This document shows, piece after piece, positions 21,675-31,184 of a DNA stretch of 64,000 bases. The translations under genes and the position numbers were made by a program. Position 1 is the first letter of the stretch. The number at the start of each line of letters is the position of its first letter. The stretch lies in assembly GCA_965202985.1 (NCBI GenBank), contig CBDBCF010000001.1:96001-160000 (forward strand), read 5' to 3'. The notes below the pieces were generated by a model. That model saw nothing but the letters and a program-made list of their open reading frames with translations, searched no databases and was not told the DNA's origin. The DNA is from Longimicrobiales bacterium (GTDB taxonomy: Bacteria > Gemmatimonadota > Gemmatimonadetes > Longimicrobiales > Gaopeijiaceae).

Positions 21675-22343
21675 CTAACGCCCTTCCGGCCCGCTCGGCG
21701 CGGCCAGCCCCGGCAGCGCCGTCAACTCCGGCACGACGAAGGTCGCGCGGCACGCGGCTCCGCCCGCGTCCAGCCCCGCCCGGTTGTGCCAGATCACCCG
21801 CATCTTCGCGTCCGCCGCCCCGGCCACGTCGAAGGGCGACCCGGCCACGAACAGCACGTCTTCCGGTCGGGCGCCCAGCGCCTCGGCGCCCATGGCGTAG
21901 ATGCGGCGGCACGGCTTGTAGCACCCCGCGGACTCGGCCGTGACCACAGCGGCGAACGGAAACCCGATCCGCGCAGCCGCCCGGCGTCCCAGCGCGTCGG
22001 AACAGTTGGTCGCGACGCCCAGAACGGCGCCTCGGGCCAGCTCCCGAAGGACTCGCTCCGCTTCGGGCCAAGGGCGCAGTTCGTCCCAACGGGCGTCCAG
22101 CTTGGCGGCGCAGCCGCACGGCAGGCCGACGGCCCCGGCCGCGTCGGACACCAAGTCCAAGTAGGGCACGTAGGCGCCGGCGTCGTAGGTGCGGCGCAGG
22201 TACTCCATGCGCCATGCGCGCCCCGGTCCCTGGCCGCCGGCGATGTCGTCCCACAGCGACCACGAGTCGATCAACGCCGACAGCAGGTCGAAGAGGACGT
22301 ACTTCTCGGGAGCGCCCGGCTTCGTGGAAGTGCCGGACTTCAC
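21675..22343 (-). CDS. HAD-superfamily hydrolase (haloacid dehalogenase-like)
   Basis: LFDLLSALIDS, ATNC, GCYKP, FVAGSPFDV. Confidence 0.82.
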   Translation of the reverse strand: MKSGTSTKPGAPEKYVLFDLLSALIDSWSLWDDIAGGQGPGRAWRMEYLRRTYDAGAYVPYLDLVSDAAGAVGLPCGCAAKLDARWDELRPWPEAERVLRELARGAVLGVATNCSDALGRRAAARIGFPFAAVVTAESAGCYKPCRRIYAMGAEALGARPEDVLFVAGSPFDVAGAADAKMRVIWHNRAGLDAGGAACRATFVVPELTALPGLAAPSGPEGR

Positions 22344-22356
22344 GGCTGCCCGGGCT

Positions 22357-23859
22357 TCACGACCCCTCGCCGGCGCGACACTCGCGGCCCGTCACGGCTT
22401 CGGCTTCGATCTCCACCAGAAGCCCGTCGCCCACCAGCCCGGCCTGAACGAGCGTGTTGGCCGGAGACGCGGCCCCGAATCGGGCGCCGTGCACACGCGC
22501 CACGACCTCCCAGTCGGACAGGTCGCGCACGTAGACGCGGGTTCGCACCACGTCGGCCAGCTCTGCGCCCAAGGACTGGAGCGCGCCTTCGATCTTGTCG
22601 ATCGCAAAGTGGGCCTGGGCCGCCGCGTCGTCGCCCCCGATCCGACGGCGACCGTGACTCGCGGTGGTGCCCGACACCCAGATGCGGTCGCCCCGCCGCA
22701 CGGCCCGACTGTAGCCCGCCGTCCGCTCCCAAGGCGTGCCGCTGGAGACGTGCTCGGCGCCGCCCAGCTCGCGCCGAACTACCGGATAGGGCGCGGGCAG
22801 CGGGCCGTCCAGGTGGTGACTCAAGTCGCCCGAAGCGGTCAGGAACGGAAGACGGCGGTATTCGTCGCCGCAGTCGCCGGGAATGGGGTCCAGCCGATTC
22901 GCCGCCTCGGCGAGCTCGGCGCGGGCGTCTTCGTCCAGGGTGAACCGGAGCAGGCGCAAGTTGTCTTCGGCGTGGAACCTTTCGCCCAGACGAGCGCCCA
23001 CGATCACGCTCGCCACCGCCGGCTGCTCCAACACGTAGCGACAGGCTGCGTTGGCCATCGACACGCCCAACCGGTCCGCAACCCGACGCAAGCTTCCCAA
23101 CAGCGACTGAAGGCGGTCCCACCCCCCCGCTTGGCGCACGAACCGCAGGTACTTCATCTGCGACCACGACAGGGAGTCGGAGTCGGACGGCTCGGGCCGG
23201 TCCAGCCAGCGATCGGTCAGGAAGCCGCCGGCCAGGACGCCGTAGGCCAGCAGGCGCACGTCGAGACGCCGGCACACGCGGCTCATGTCGTCCAGCGCGC
23301 GCCGGTCCAAGAGCGAGCAGCAGACTTGGTTGGACGCCACGGGAATGCCGCTTCGGACCGCCATCTCCAGGTGGACGGCGTCGCAGTTGGTGAGCCCCAG
23401 ATGGCGGATCGCGCCCGCTGCTTGCTGTTCGGCCAAGTGGAAGAGGGCGTCCAGCCAGCCCGGATCGGCGTAGTTCCACGGATGGAACTGGAGCAGGTCG
23501 ATGGCGTCCACGCCCATGCGGTCGCGGGCCCGGTTCACGGCGTCGGCCGTCTCCTGCCGCGTCGCCGGACCGGGCGGCGGGACCCACTTGGTCAGGAGTT
23601 CGACCCGGGGCGCATCGGCCGGCCCCGTCCCTTCCTGCCCGCGCACCAGCGTCCCCGCCAGCGCTTCCGCCGATCCGTAGTGGTCCGCCATGTCGAAGGT
23701 GGTGAAGCCGGCGCCGGCGTATTCGGCCATCGCCTGCGCTCCGCGCGCGGGGTCCATGGGCCGCCCCTCGCGCCGCTCCTGATCCGCCACCTGCCACAGG
23801 CCGACGATCACCTGCGACACCTCCAGGCCCGGCGCCAACAGTACGCGCCCCGACCTCAC
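22357..23859 (-). CDS. Aldo/keto reductase fused to a C-terminal Rid (YjgF/RidA) domain
   Basis: FDMADHYG, LLTKW, DLLQFH, LGLTN, YGVLAGG, then SSGTPWE..GYSRAVR..VSGTTA...VEIEAEA. GTG overlaps the upstream TGA. Confidence 0.88.
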   Translation of the reverse strand: MRSGRVLLAPGLEVSQVIVGLWQVADQERREGRPMDPARGAQAMAEYAGAGFTTFDMADHYGSAEALAGTLVRGQEGTGPADAPRVELLTKWVPPPGPATRQETADAVNRARDRMGVDAIDLLQFHPWNYADPGWLDALFHLAEQQAAGAIRHLGLTNCDAVHLEMAVRSGIPVASNQVCCSLLDRRALDDMSRVCRRLDVRLLAYGVLAGGFLTDRWLDRPEPSDSDSLSWSQMKYLRFVRQAGGWDRLQSLLGSLRRVADRLGVSMANAACRYVLEQPAVASVIVGARLGERFHAEDNLRLLRFTLDEDARAELAEAANRLDPIPGDCGDEYRRLPFLTASGDLSHHLDGPLPAPYPVVRRELGGAEHVSSGTPWERTAGYSRAVRRGDRIWVSGTTASHGRRRIGGDDAAAQAHFAIDKIEGALQSLGAELADVVRTRVYVRDLSDWEVVARVHGARFGAASPANTLVQAGLVGDGLLVEIEAEAVTGRECRAGEGS

Positions 23860-25430
23860 GATCGGTCGTCGCCTTCGGGCGGCAGCGAACCGAACCGGCG
23901 TTCCAGGGCGCCCGTCCGTCGCAGCGCGGCAGTCTCTCGGAAGTAGATCGCCGATGCCAGCGCCATGACCGCCAGCCACAGCGGCGTGGAGTGGAAGTAC
24001 CAAGCGTCCACGGAGGCGGACAGGTCCTTCCAGATGTGGACGGCCAGGAACCCGCTCATGACGGCCACCCCGGTCGCGCCGGCGGCGGTTCGGGTCCACG
24101 ACCTTGTCAGCACCTTGATCCTGGACGCCAGGGCCGGGTTGCGACGACGAAGCGTCAGCAGCGACAGGCACACGAGGGCGAAGTTCACCAGCATCGACGT
24201 GACCAGGATGTCGATCCCCAGAAAGAAGTCGCCCGCGAAGTGGCTTCCCAGAATCCCGACCGAAGCCACGACGCCGCTGGCCACCAACGCCACGTGGGGC
24301 GTCCGCCGGCGCGGATGGACGGCGGCCGCCTTCTTGGGGAAGATCCCGTCTTCGGCCCACGCGAAGAGCAGCCGCGAGACGGCCAGCAGCATGGCGGGCA
24401 GATCGTTCACCAGGGCCACCGCCGCTCCGCCCACGATCGCCAGCGTCCAGCCCGTCGGCAGGAGGTACCCCAGCAGGCCGGGCGCCGTCAGGTCGCGCCG
24501 CTGGGCCTCCTCGGCGACGAAGCTCCACGGGACGGCGTGGTAGACAGCGGACGTGAAGAGCAGGTAGAACGTCCCCACCGTCACGACGGCAAGGCCGACC
24601 GCCAGGGGCAGGTTCCGGTCCGGGCGCTTCGCTTCGCCTCCGGCCTGGGCGATCGAGTCGAAGCCAATGAAGCTGGAGAAGAGGAGCGCCGACGCCGCCA
24701 GAAACGGGCCCAGCCGGAAGGGCGCGTCGGGCGCCGGCGGGACGGTGCGTCCTTCCGTCGCCGCAAGGGCCGCGGCGAAGTCGCCGTGGTCGTGGGCGAA
24801 CCCCGCCACGATGGCGACGCCGCCCAGCGCGAACATGAGGAACATCATCGGCAGCAATGTCCATTGGTACGCGCCTAGGCCCCGCAGGTTGACCAGGACG
24901 AACGTCCACAGAAACGCCAGCGAGACGCCCGTTCGCACCGGCCCCCGGTCCAGAGCCTGGGCCGCGGCGGACCACTCCAGGGCGGCGGCGATGTCCCGAA
25001 GGAAGGGGACCAGCACGTAGGAGACCACGCCGATGGCGATCGAGAGGCCGAACCACTGGGAGAAGCTGGCGACGAAACCCCAGTAGGGACTCAGGGAGCG
25101 GCTGACGTAGACGTAGCTGCCGCCGGCCCGCGGCATCGCCGAGGCCAAGCTGGCGTAGGCAAGGGCCGCCAACACCGCCGGAAGCGCCCCGAAGACGTAG
25201 GCCGGCAGGACGTAGGGGCCGATCCCGGGCACGTTCCGCTGCAACATGATCGGCACGATGTTGACGGCGGCGCCCAGCATGGCGCAGATACCCGTGGCCG
25301 CCAGTCCCGCGATCCCCAAGCGCCGAGCCAAGCCCGCCCCGGCGGCCGGAGGACCGGCGGTCGGCTGCGTCACGACCGTCGGCGGTCCCGTGCGTCTTCG
25401 GAGCTCGGGGTCCGGGGGTGGTTCCGGCAA
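23856..25430 (-). CDS. APC-family amino acid permease
   Basis: AMPRAGGSY, FIGFD, GEAKRP, SRLLFAWAEDG, TPHVAL; about 12 TM. Confidence 0.88.
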   Translation of the reverse strand: MPEPPPDPELRRRTGPPTVVTQPTAGPPAAGAGLARRLGIAGLAATGICAMLGAAVNIVPIMLQRNVPGIGPYVLPAYVFGALPAVLAALAYASLASAMPRAGGSYVYVSRSLSPYWGFVASFSQWFGLSIAIGVVSYVLVPFLRDIAAALEWSAAAQALDRGPVRTGVSLAFLWTFVLVNLRGLGAYQWTLLPMMFLMFALGGVAIVAGFAHDHGDFAAALAATEGRTVPPAPDAPFRLGPFLAASALLFSSFIGFDSIAQAGGEAKRPDRNLPLAVGLAVVTVGTFYLLFTSAVYHAVPWSFVAEEAQRRDLTAPGLLGYLLPTGWTLAIVGGAAVALVNDLPAMLLAVSRLLFAWAEDGIFPKKAAAVHPRRRTPHVALVASGVVASVGILGSHFAGDFFLGIDILVTSMLVNFALVCLSLLTLRRRNPALASRIKVLTRSWTRTAAGATGVAVMSGFLAVHIWKDLSASVDAWYFHSTPLWLAVMALASAIYFRETAALRRTGALERRFGSLPPEGDDRS

Positions 25431-25451
25431 GGGCGCGCGACCCGGCCGGCG

Positions 25452-25706
25452 CTAGCCATGGCGGTCGTGGCTCTGCTCGTAGCGGATGCGCTCGTGCATG
25501 CGATCCTTGGCCTGGCCAGCGTCTCGCTTCCTGGCGGCGCGCATCGCCATGCCCCGGGTCGTGGAGGACTTGACCCTAGGCAACGACAGCCGACGCTCCA
25601 ACTCTCGGCTCTTGCACGACGGGCAGGTCGGCGTGGCGCCGGAGCCCCGGATCAGAAGCTCGCACTCCCGCCCGCAGTCCAGGCACGTGTATTCGTAGAT
25701 CGGCAT
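25452..25706 (-). CDS. FmdB-family zinc-ribbon protein
   Basis: MPIYEYTCLDC...CPSC...LS. Confidence 0.85.
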   Translation of the reverse strand: MPIYEYTCLDCGRECELLIRGSGATPTCPSCKSRELERRLSLPRVKSSTTRGMAMRAARKRDAGQAKDRMHERIRYEQSHDRHG

Positions 25707-25754
25707 AGGCGGAAAGTAACGGCGGGCGCGGCGTCGGCGCGAAAGGGTGGCGGA

Positions 25755-28700
25755 CTAGGAAATCTTCCTCCTGGCGGGTTCGGTGCCCAAGGTCTTGCCC
25801 TTGTCCACGGCGGGGATCCCCTCTTCCAACCAGACGGGGGCGGGGGCGTCCTTGAGGTAGTGGTCGAAGAACTGCTGCATGCGGACGGCCCAGTCCTTGC
25901 GGTTGGGCTCCTTGCGCAGGCCGTGGGCTTCTCCGTTGTAGTTGAGCATCCACACCGGCTTCTGCAGCCGCCGCATGGCGACGAACATCTCGATCCCCTG
26001 GTACCACGGCACGGCGCCGTCCTCGTCGTTGTGCATCATGAGCAGGGGCGTCTCGATCTTGTCGGCGTAGAAGACGGGCGAGTTGTGCAGGTACTCGCTG
26101 GTGGCTTCCCACAGGCTGCCGCCGATGCGGCTTTGCGTGCGCTCGTACTGGAACATGCGGCTCATGCCCGACTGCCAGCGGATGCCGCCGTAGGCGCTGG
26201 TCATGTTGCTCACCGGCGCGCCGGCCTCCGCCGCCGCGAACAGGTTCGTCTTGGTGATCATGTAGGCGATCTGATAGCCGCCCCAGGAGTGTCCCTGGAC
26301 GCCGATCTTGTCCTTGTCCACGAACCCTTCCGCCAACACCCGCAACACGCCGGGCACCACGGCGTCCAACGCGCTCTCGCCGGGGTAGCCGATCTCGTAG
26401 GGGATGTCGGGCACGAACACGACGTAGCCCCGGCTCACGTAGAACGGCATCGAGATCGACGAGCCGCCGGGCCGGGGCGAGCGGTAGCCGTGGATGCCGT
26501 CGGACATGCGCTCGTAGAAGTAGACCATCATGGGGTGCTGTCGCGACGGATCGAAGTCGTCGGGCTTGAACAGGATGCCCTGCAGCGGCACGCCGTCGTT
26601 GGAGTTCCACTCCACGATCTCGGCGGACCCCCATCGGAAATCGGCCTGCTGCGGGTTGGCGTCCGACATCTTCGTCATGCCCGGAAGAGCGGCCGCGCCG
26701 CCGCCCCGCAACTCCAAGATTTCGTCGGCGATCCACAGGTCGGGGAACTCGCGGAAGTCCTCGCGGGTGACCAGCCAGCGGTCGGCATCCTCGGCCTTGC
26801 CCCGCAGGCGGAACCGCTTGTCGGCCATGACCAGCCGCTCGGGCGCCGCGGGCCGGTCGGTGCGTCCACGGTAGAAGCCGCCCTGCTTGTCCAGGTAGTG
26901 GAAGGCGTCCCACAGCGCTTCGCCTTCGGGAACGTGGTCCAGCTCGGGGTCGGTGCGGGCGTAGCGGAAGCGCGCGCCGGCTGCGCGCCCGGCGCCTTCG
27001 GTCAAGTTGTGGAGCGCGCCCGTGGCCGGCTCGAAGCGCCAGACGTCGTAGCGGTCGTAGAAGAGGAAGGCGCGGTCGTCCTGGGTCCAGCCGGCCGAGC
27101 CGTAGGGGGGCGGCAGGTCCGGGTGGTCGTCGAGCTCGTTCCAGACGGGGTGCGGAACGCGGGCGCTTGCGGCGATCGCCGAGAGGCCGGGAGCGGCGTC
27201 GGCCGTGCCCCGGGCTTCCGCTGCGTCCAGGCGCGCCACCATCCAATGGCGGGCGGCTCCGTCCCACCACGCCGCATGCTTGCCCGCCGGCGAAATGGAG
27301 GCGCCGCCGAACCCCTTGACCCTCTCGGCGATCAAGTGGCGTTCGCCCGTGGTCATGTCGATGGCGTAGGCGTCGTTGTAGCGCCCGTCCCATGAGAGCA
27401 GCTGGCGGTAGGGCACGTCGGTGACGCCCAGCGCGTAGCGCGCGTCGCCGCCCTCCGACGGCGCCTCGGCCGCAAACCTGACCGTGGGAACGTCCATGTC
27501 GCCCAACTGCACCACGCTGCCGCGGCCGTTCACCGAGACGGCAGCCGCATAGGCGCGGTCCCTGTCGTCGTCCGCGCGCACCAGCTGCATCGGCTGAAGG
27601 TACGGGTCCTTCCAGTTCCACACGTCCAGCACAACCTTGTCCTCTTCCAGCGTGTCGTCTTCGCCGTCCTGGGGATCGGGGGCCGGGCGGGGCGCGGTGC
27701 CGAACAGGACGTGACCGCCGCCCTCGGAGAAGCGGACTTCGCCGTGCTCGCTGGCCCACCAGCCCTCCGGGACCCCCGGCGATTCCGAGTCCGCGAGCGC
27801 TGTGGCTCCCCAGTCCGGCGCAGTCGCGTGGAAGAGGCGGAACTCGGGCTGGGGGTCGGAAGGGGTCGCGTCCGCGCCGGCGACCGGGGGTGCGTCGGAA
27901 GCGCCGTCCGATGGCGCCCGCGTCCAAGTCGACAGGAACGCCACGCGGTTCCCGTCCTTGGCCAGGGCCAGCTGCTCGTAGCGGCCTTCGCCTTCCATGA
28001 CGGCGACCGGATCGCCGCCCGTGTCCGCGGCGGCGTCCACAGTCAACCGAACGACGAAGACGCCGTCCCCGTCGCCGTCCTTGGTGGAGGTGGCGAACGC
28101 CAGCACGGCGGCCTCTTCGGCGAAGTGGTAGTGCACGACGTTCTCGTACCGGGTCTCCGCGCCCGTGGCCAAGTCCATCAGCACCAACGGCGCGCCTTCC
28201 TTCTTGTCCTCGTCCCGGTCCGGGGCCTGCTCCTCCTGGCCCTCCTCTTCGCCGAGTTCGTCCGCCTCTTCCGCTTCGTCTCCTTCTTCTTCTTCCTTGA
28301 CGGGTTCGTAGGCGGCCCAGCTCCCTTCGGGCGCGACCTTGTGGCCCTTGATCGGCCCCACCACCCGGACCGCGCTCGCTTGGGGCTCGCTGTCGCCGCC
28401 GAAGACGGCTCCCAGATCAACCACGGCCAGCGAGTCCTTGGGCAGGTCGTCCCCCTTCTTTCCCTCGCGCTTCAGGGAGTCCACCACCGCTTCCACCGGC
28501 GGAACCCGGTACACCACGTAGCGCGAATCGGCGGTGAAGACCGGGTTCGAGCCCCGAACGACCAAGGCCGGGCTACCCTCGCGAGCCGCCCGAACGGTCA
28601 CGGACGGATCGCCCTCCATGGCCGTGAGGACGAACGCCAGCCACTCGCCGTCGGGCGACAGCGACGGACTGCCGATCGCGTTCCAGTGCAGCACGTCGTC

Positions 28701-28838
28701 GTGATCGAGGGAGCGTTGCTGGGCGGTCGCGGGCGTCGCCATGGACGAAGCAGCCAGCAGGACCGTCAGTGCGGTCGGAAGCGCCGAGCCGAAGCGCCGG
28801 GCGCGGGGGACGAAAACGCACATGTTCCTTGAGGTCAT
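25755..28838 (-). CDS. S9-family (prolyl oligopeptidase-like) secreted peptidase
   Basis: GHSWGG nucleophile, DGAVPW, EAHGL; signal peptide; ATG overlaps the ParA stop. Confidence 0.9.
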   Translation of the reverse strand: MTSRNMCVFVPRARRFGSALPTALTVLLAASSMATPATAQQRSLDHDDVLHWNAIGSPSLSPDGEWLAFVLTAMEGDPSVTVRAAREGSPALVVRGSNPVFTADSRYVVYRVPPVEAVVDSLKREGKKGDDLPKDSLAVVDLGAVFGGDSEPQASAVRVVGPIKGHKVAPEGSWAAYEPVKEEEEGDEAEEADELGEEEGQEEQAPDRDEDKKEGAPLVLMDLATGAETRYENVVHYHFAEEAAVLAFATSTKDGDGDGVFVVRLTVDAAADTGGDPVAVMEGEGRYEQLALAKDGNRVAFLSTWTRAPSDGASDAPPVAGADATPSDPQPEFRLFHATAPDWGATALADSESPGVPEGWWASEHGEVRFSEGGGHVLFGTAPRPAPDPQDGEDDTLEEDKVVLDVWNWKDPYLQPMQLVRADDDRDRAYAAAVSVNGRGSVVQLGDMDVPTVRFAAEAPSEGGDARYALGVTDVPYRQLLSWDGRYNDAYAIDMTTGERHLIAERVKGFGGASISPAGKHAAWWDGAARHWMVARLDAAEARGTADAAPGLSAIAASARVPHPVWNELDDHPDLPPPYGSAGWTQDDRAFLFYDRYDVWRFEPATGALHNLTEGAGRAAGARFRYARTDPELDHVPEGEALWDAFHYLDKQGGFYRGRTDRPAAPERLVMADKRFRLRGKAEDADRWLVTREDFREFPDLWIADEILELRGGGAAALPGMTKMSDANPQQADFRWGSAEIVEWNSNDGVPLQGILFKPDDFDPSRQHPMMVYFYERMSDGIHGYRSPRPGGSSISMPFYVSRGYVVFVPDIPYEIGYPGESALDAVVPGVLRVLAEGFVDKDKIGVQGHSWGGYQIAYMITKTNLFAAAEAGAPVSNMTSAYGGIRWQSGMSRMFQYERTQSRIGGSLWEATSEYLHNSPVFYADKIETPLLMMHNDEDGAVPWYQGIEMFVAMRRLQKPVWMLNYNGEAHGLRKEPNRKDWAVRMQQFFDHYLKDAPAPVWLEEGIPAVDKGKTLGTEPARRKIS

Positions 28839-29869
28839 CGTGTTCCTGTCGGTTGAAGTCGATTCGTGTCGAACCCGCAGCGGCGCAACAGCTCGTCGGC
28901 CAGCGCCTCGAAGTCGTCGTATGCGTGTCTTGCGGCTACGGCGTGGCTTCCGATTGCGCCATCCGCGGGCGACAGCATGAATATCGGCTTGCGCGCGTCC
29001 TGCCCCAGCGCCACCAAGCTTCGATAGTGCTTGATCGTGGCCACGCAGTTTTGATCGCATTCCGGAGTCGGGACCGCGTTCTCCGAGTCTCGGTCCAAGA
29101 CATGTCGGGCGTATTCCATCGGCATCCGCCTCGCCCAACGGTCGTACGCCTTCACGGGTCGACTCAACCGCACGCCATGTTGCTGAATCAGGTAGCCCAC
29201 CGGTTGCATCGCGCCCTTGGGCAGATCGAACTCCGGAGACTGCCAACCTTCGCGCCGTGTCCTCCATTCGTCCCGCCAACGCCGAAGCGTCGGCCCCAGG
29301 TTTCTTAGGCCTTGGCGGGAGAACAGGTCCGCCCCGAGCGGCACGACGACGTGATCCGTCGCGATCAAAGCGGAACGGTTGACGGCGCCCAGGCTGGGGC
29401 CGACATCGACCAGCACAAGGTCGGCGCTAGAACGACTTGCTCCCTTCCGAATCACCTGCCAGAACGCAGTGACGACCCGAAAGGAACGATAACGCGATTG
29501 TTGCCCCAAGCAGTTCGGCCATTCCGTGGACAGCAGGTCCTCGAACCCCGAGAGCAGAAGGTCGCCGGGCAACAAGTGCAGCCCAGGCGCGACTTCTTGA
29601 AGCTCCGGCTCCAAGATGTCGCCAACTTTCGTCAGCGGCTCCACGCATTGGTGAACCGTGGCGGCGCCCGGGATATCGATCTCGTCGTCCCAGAGTCGTT
29701 CCAGGACGCTCTCGTCTAGAAACGCCGCGGTGAGATTGGCCTGCGGATCCAAGTCCACGGCCAGTACGCTGCAACCCTTCTTGGACAACATCCACGCCAC
29801 GTGGTACACCAACGAAGTCTTGCCAACGCCACCCTTGTTGTTGAAGAACGTCAGCACGGTCGCATTCAC
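28835..29869 (-). CDS. Orphan ParA/MinD-family ATPase
   Basis: FNNKGGVGKT, DLDPQANLT, DVGPSLGAVNR; GTGA-coupled to the upstream gene. Confidence 0.88.
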   Translation of the reverse strand: MNATVLTFFNNKGGVGKTSLVYHVAWMLSKKGCSVLAVDLDPQANLTAAFLDESVLERLWDDEIDIPGAATVHQCVEPLTKVGDILEPELQEVAPGLHLLPGDLLLSGFEDLLSTEWPNCLGQQSRYRSFRVVTAFWQVIRKGASRSSADLVLVDVGPSLGAVNRSALIATDHVVVPLGADLFSRQGLRNLGPTLRRWRDEWRTRREGWQSPEFDLPKGAMQPVGYLIQQHGVRLSRPVKAYDRWARRMPMEYARHVLDRDSENAVPTPECDQNCVATIKHYRSLVALGQDARKPIFMLSPADGAIGSHAVAARHAYDDFEALADELLRRCGFDTNRLQPTGTR

Positions 29870-31077
29870 GATTCCGACCTCACGGTGCAGAACAGCCAAT
29901 TCGGGTCGGACCTGAACTCCGGCTCCGGCTGATCGTTCTCCCTCAACGCTCTCCGAGCAATGTCGATCCCGACTCCGTATCGCTGCACCCAACCAAGTGC
30001 GCGCATCGCCTCTGCAAGGTTGGGGTTGCGATAGTCGACAAGTCCGGCTTGGCCGAACGAATCAGCCGTCACCGCACCGTACGGACCACCTGGGCTGTTG
30101 ATCTCTATCCGATCGTCGAACCAACACACGCGCACCGGGGCATTGGTGCTCTCGTATGTTCGATGCATGACTGCATTGTAGGCGAGCTGGCGCAACGCAA
30201 CCATTGGATAGGTAGACCGCCGTTTTTCGCGAGGGCCGGACGCAATGTCCACGGCAGTTCGGTTGTGACCGGCAAGCTTTTCCTCAAGACATTGAATCAC
30301 GCGCACTAGGGCGCCGTCGCACCGAGTCTCGTCGATCACAGGATCACTCAGTGCGGAACCTGCAAGCCGCAGGAACTGCACGTAGGCTCCGGGAAGAAAA
30401 TCCTGGGGATGGATTCCCAAGACCAGGATGCCCATGACAGTTGGCGTCGGATCGGTCGTCGAAACGATCATCTTGGTCGCAGACAACTGTTCTTTGGTAC
30501 TGCGTTCGTTCGCCTTCAAGATAGTCCGATCAACAGCCCCGGGAAGGTACTCGTCGCGGAAGCTGTTCATGTTCAGATCGGCAAGGCTCGCGGTAGGAAC
30601 CGGGTGGACATCGAAGCTGACGTTTCCATGGCGTCTCTTCTCGTTGAGAATCCGTTCGTCTTGCGCGGACGCAATCGTTCGCCGAGAAGCCGTGCGAACC
30701 CAGATGCGTCCCTGGTAGCGCACAGGAGGAGAATCCGACGGATGAACAACGACGACGGCAATGTCGTCGTTGCCCAACCTTTGCTTGGACACGAAGAGGG
30801 TCGGCGGAGGCACGATGTTGCCATCGGTCTTCATGTCCGCGAGTTGCATTAGCGCACGGTCCGTGACGGGTGTTCCGGTCGGGTGCCCATCGTCGCGAAG
30901 GCCCACGAAGACGACTCCCGGCCGACGATGATTGGGCAGATCGTTTGCAAATGCGCAAACAGCTTCGCGGATCTTCTTGGGAGCGTCTCCGCGCAGCGAC
31001 TCCTTGCGTTCGACCAGGTCCGACTCGAGATCGGTCGCCATGGCTTCGAGCTGTGATGTCGAATAGGACTCGATCAT
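29866..31077 (-). CDS. AlbA_2/Schlafen-domain protein with HATPase_c_4-like C-terminus
   Basis: ESDLVERK, AVCAFAN, FVGLRDDG; NAVMHRTY, DRIEINSPGG, YRNPNLAEAM, YGVGI. Confidence 0.85.
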   Translation of the reverse strand: MIESYSTSQLEAMATDLESDLVERKESLRGDAPKKIREAVCAFANDLPNHRRPGVVFVGLRDDGHPTGTPVTDRALMQLADMKTDGNIVPPPTLFVSKQRLGNDDIAVVVVHPSDSPPVRYQGRIWVRTASRRTIASAQDERILNEKRRHGNVSFDVHPVPTASLADLNMNSFRDEYLPGAVDRTILKANERSTKEQLSATKMIVSTTDPTPTVMGILVLGIHPQDFLPGAYVQFLRLAGSALSDPVIDETRCDGALVRVIQCLEEKLAGHNRTAVDIASGPREKRRSTYPMVALRQLAYNAVMHRTYESTNAPVRVCWFDDRIEINSPGGPYGAVTADSFGQAGLVDYRNPNLAEAMRALGWVQRYGVGIDIARRALRENDQPEPEFRSDPNWLFCTVRSES

Positions 31078-31184
31078 GCGGGACGCTGCTCGGCGGGGGT
31101 GAAGGGCGGCTCGCGGCTGCCGCTGAAGATAGGGGCGCGCTTGCGCCGAGCAAGGGATCGCTGGGGCAGCGTGAGCGCACATTG

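Noticed and set aside
28835..29869. ParA as a chromosome or plasmid partition locus
   Set aside because: No adjacent parB, parS palindrome or rep gene; coupled to an AlbA-domain gene instead.
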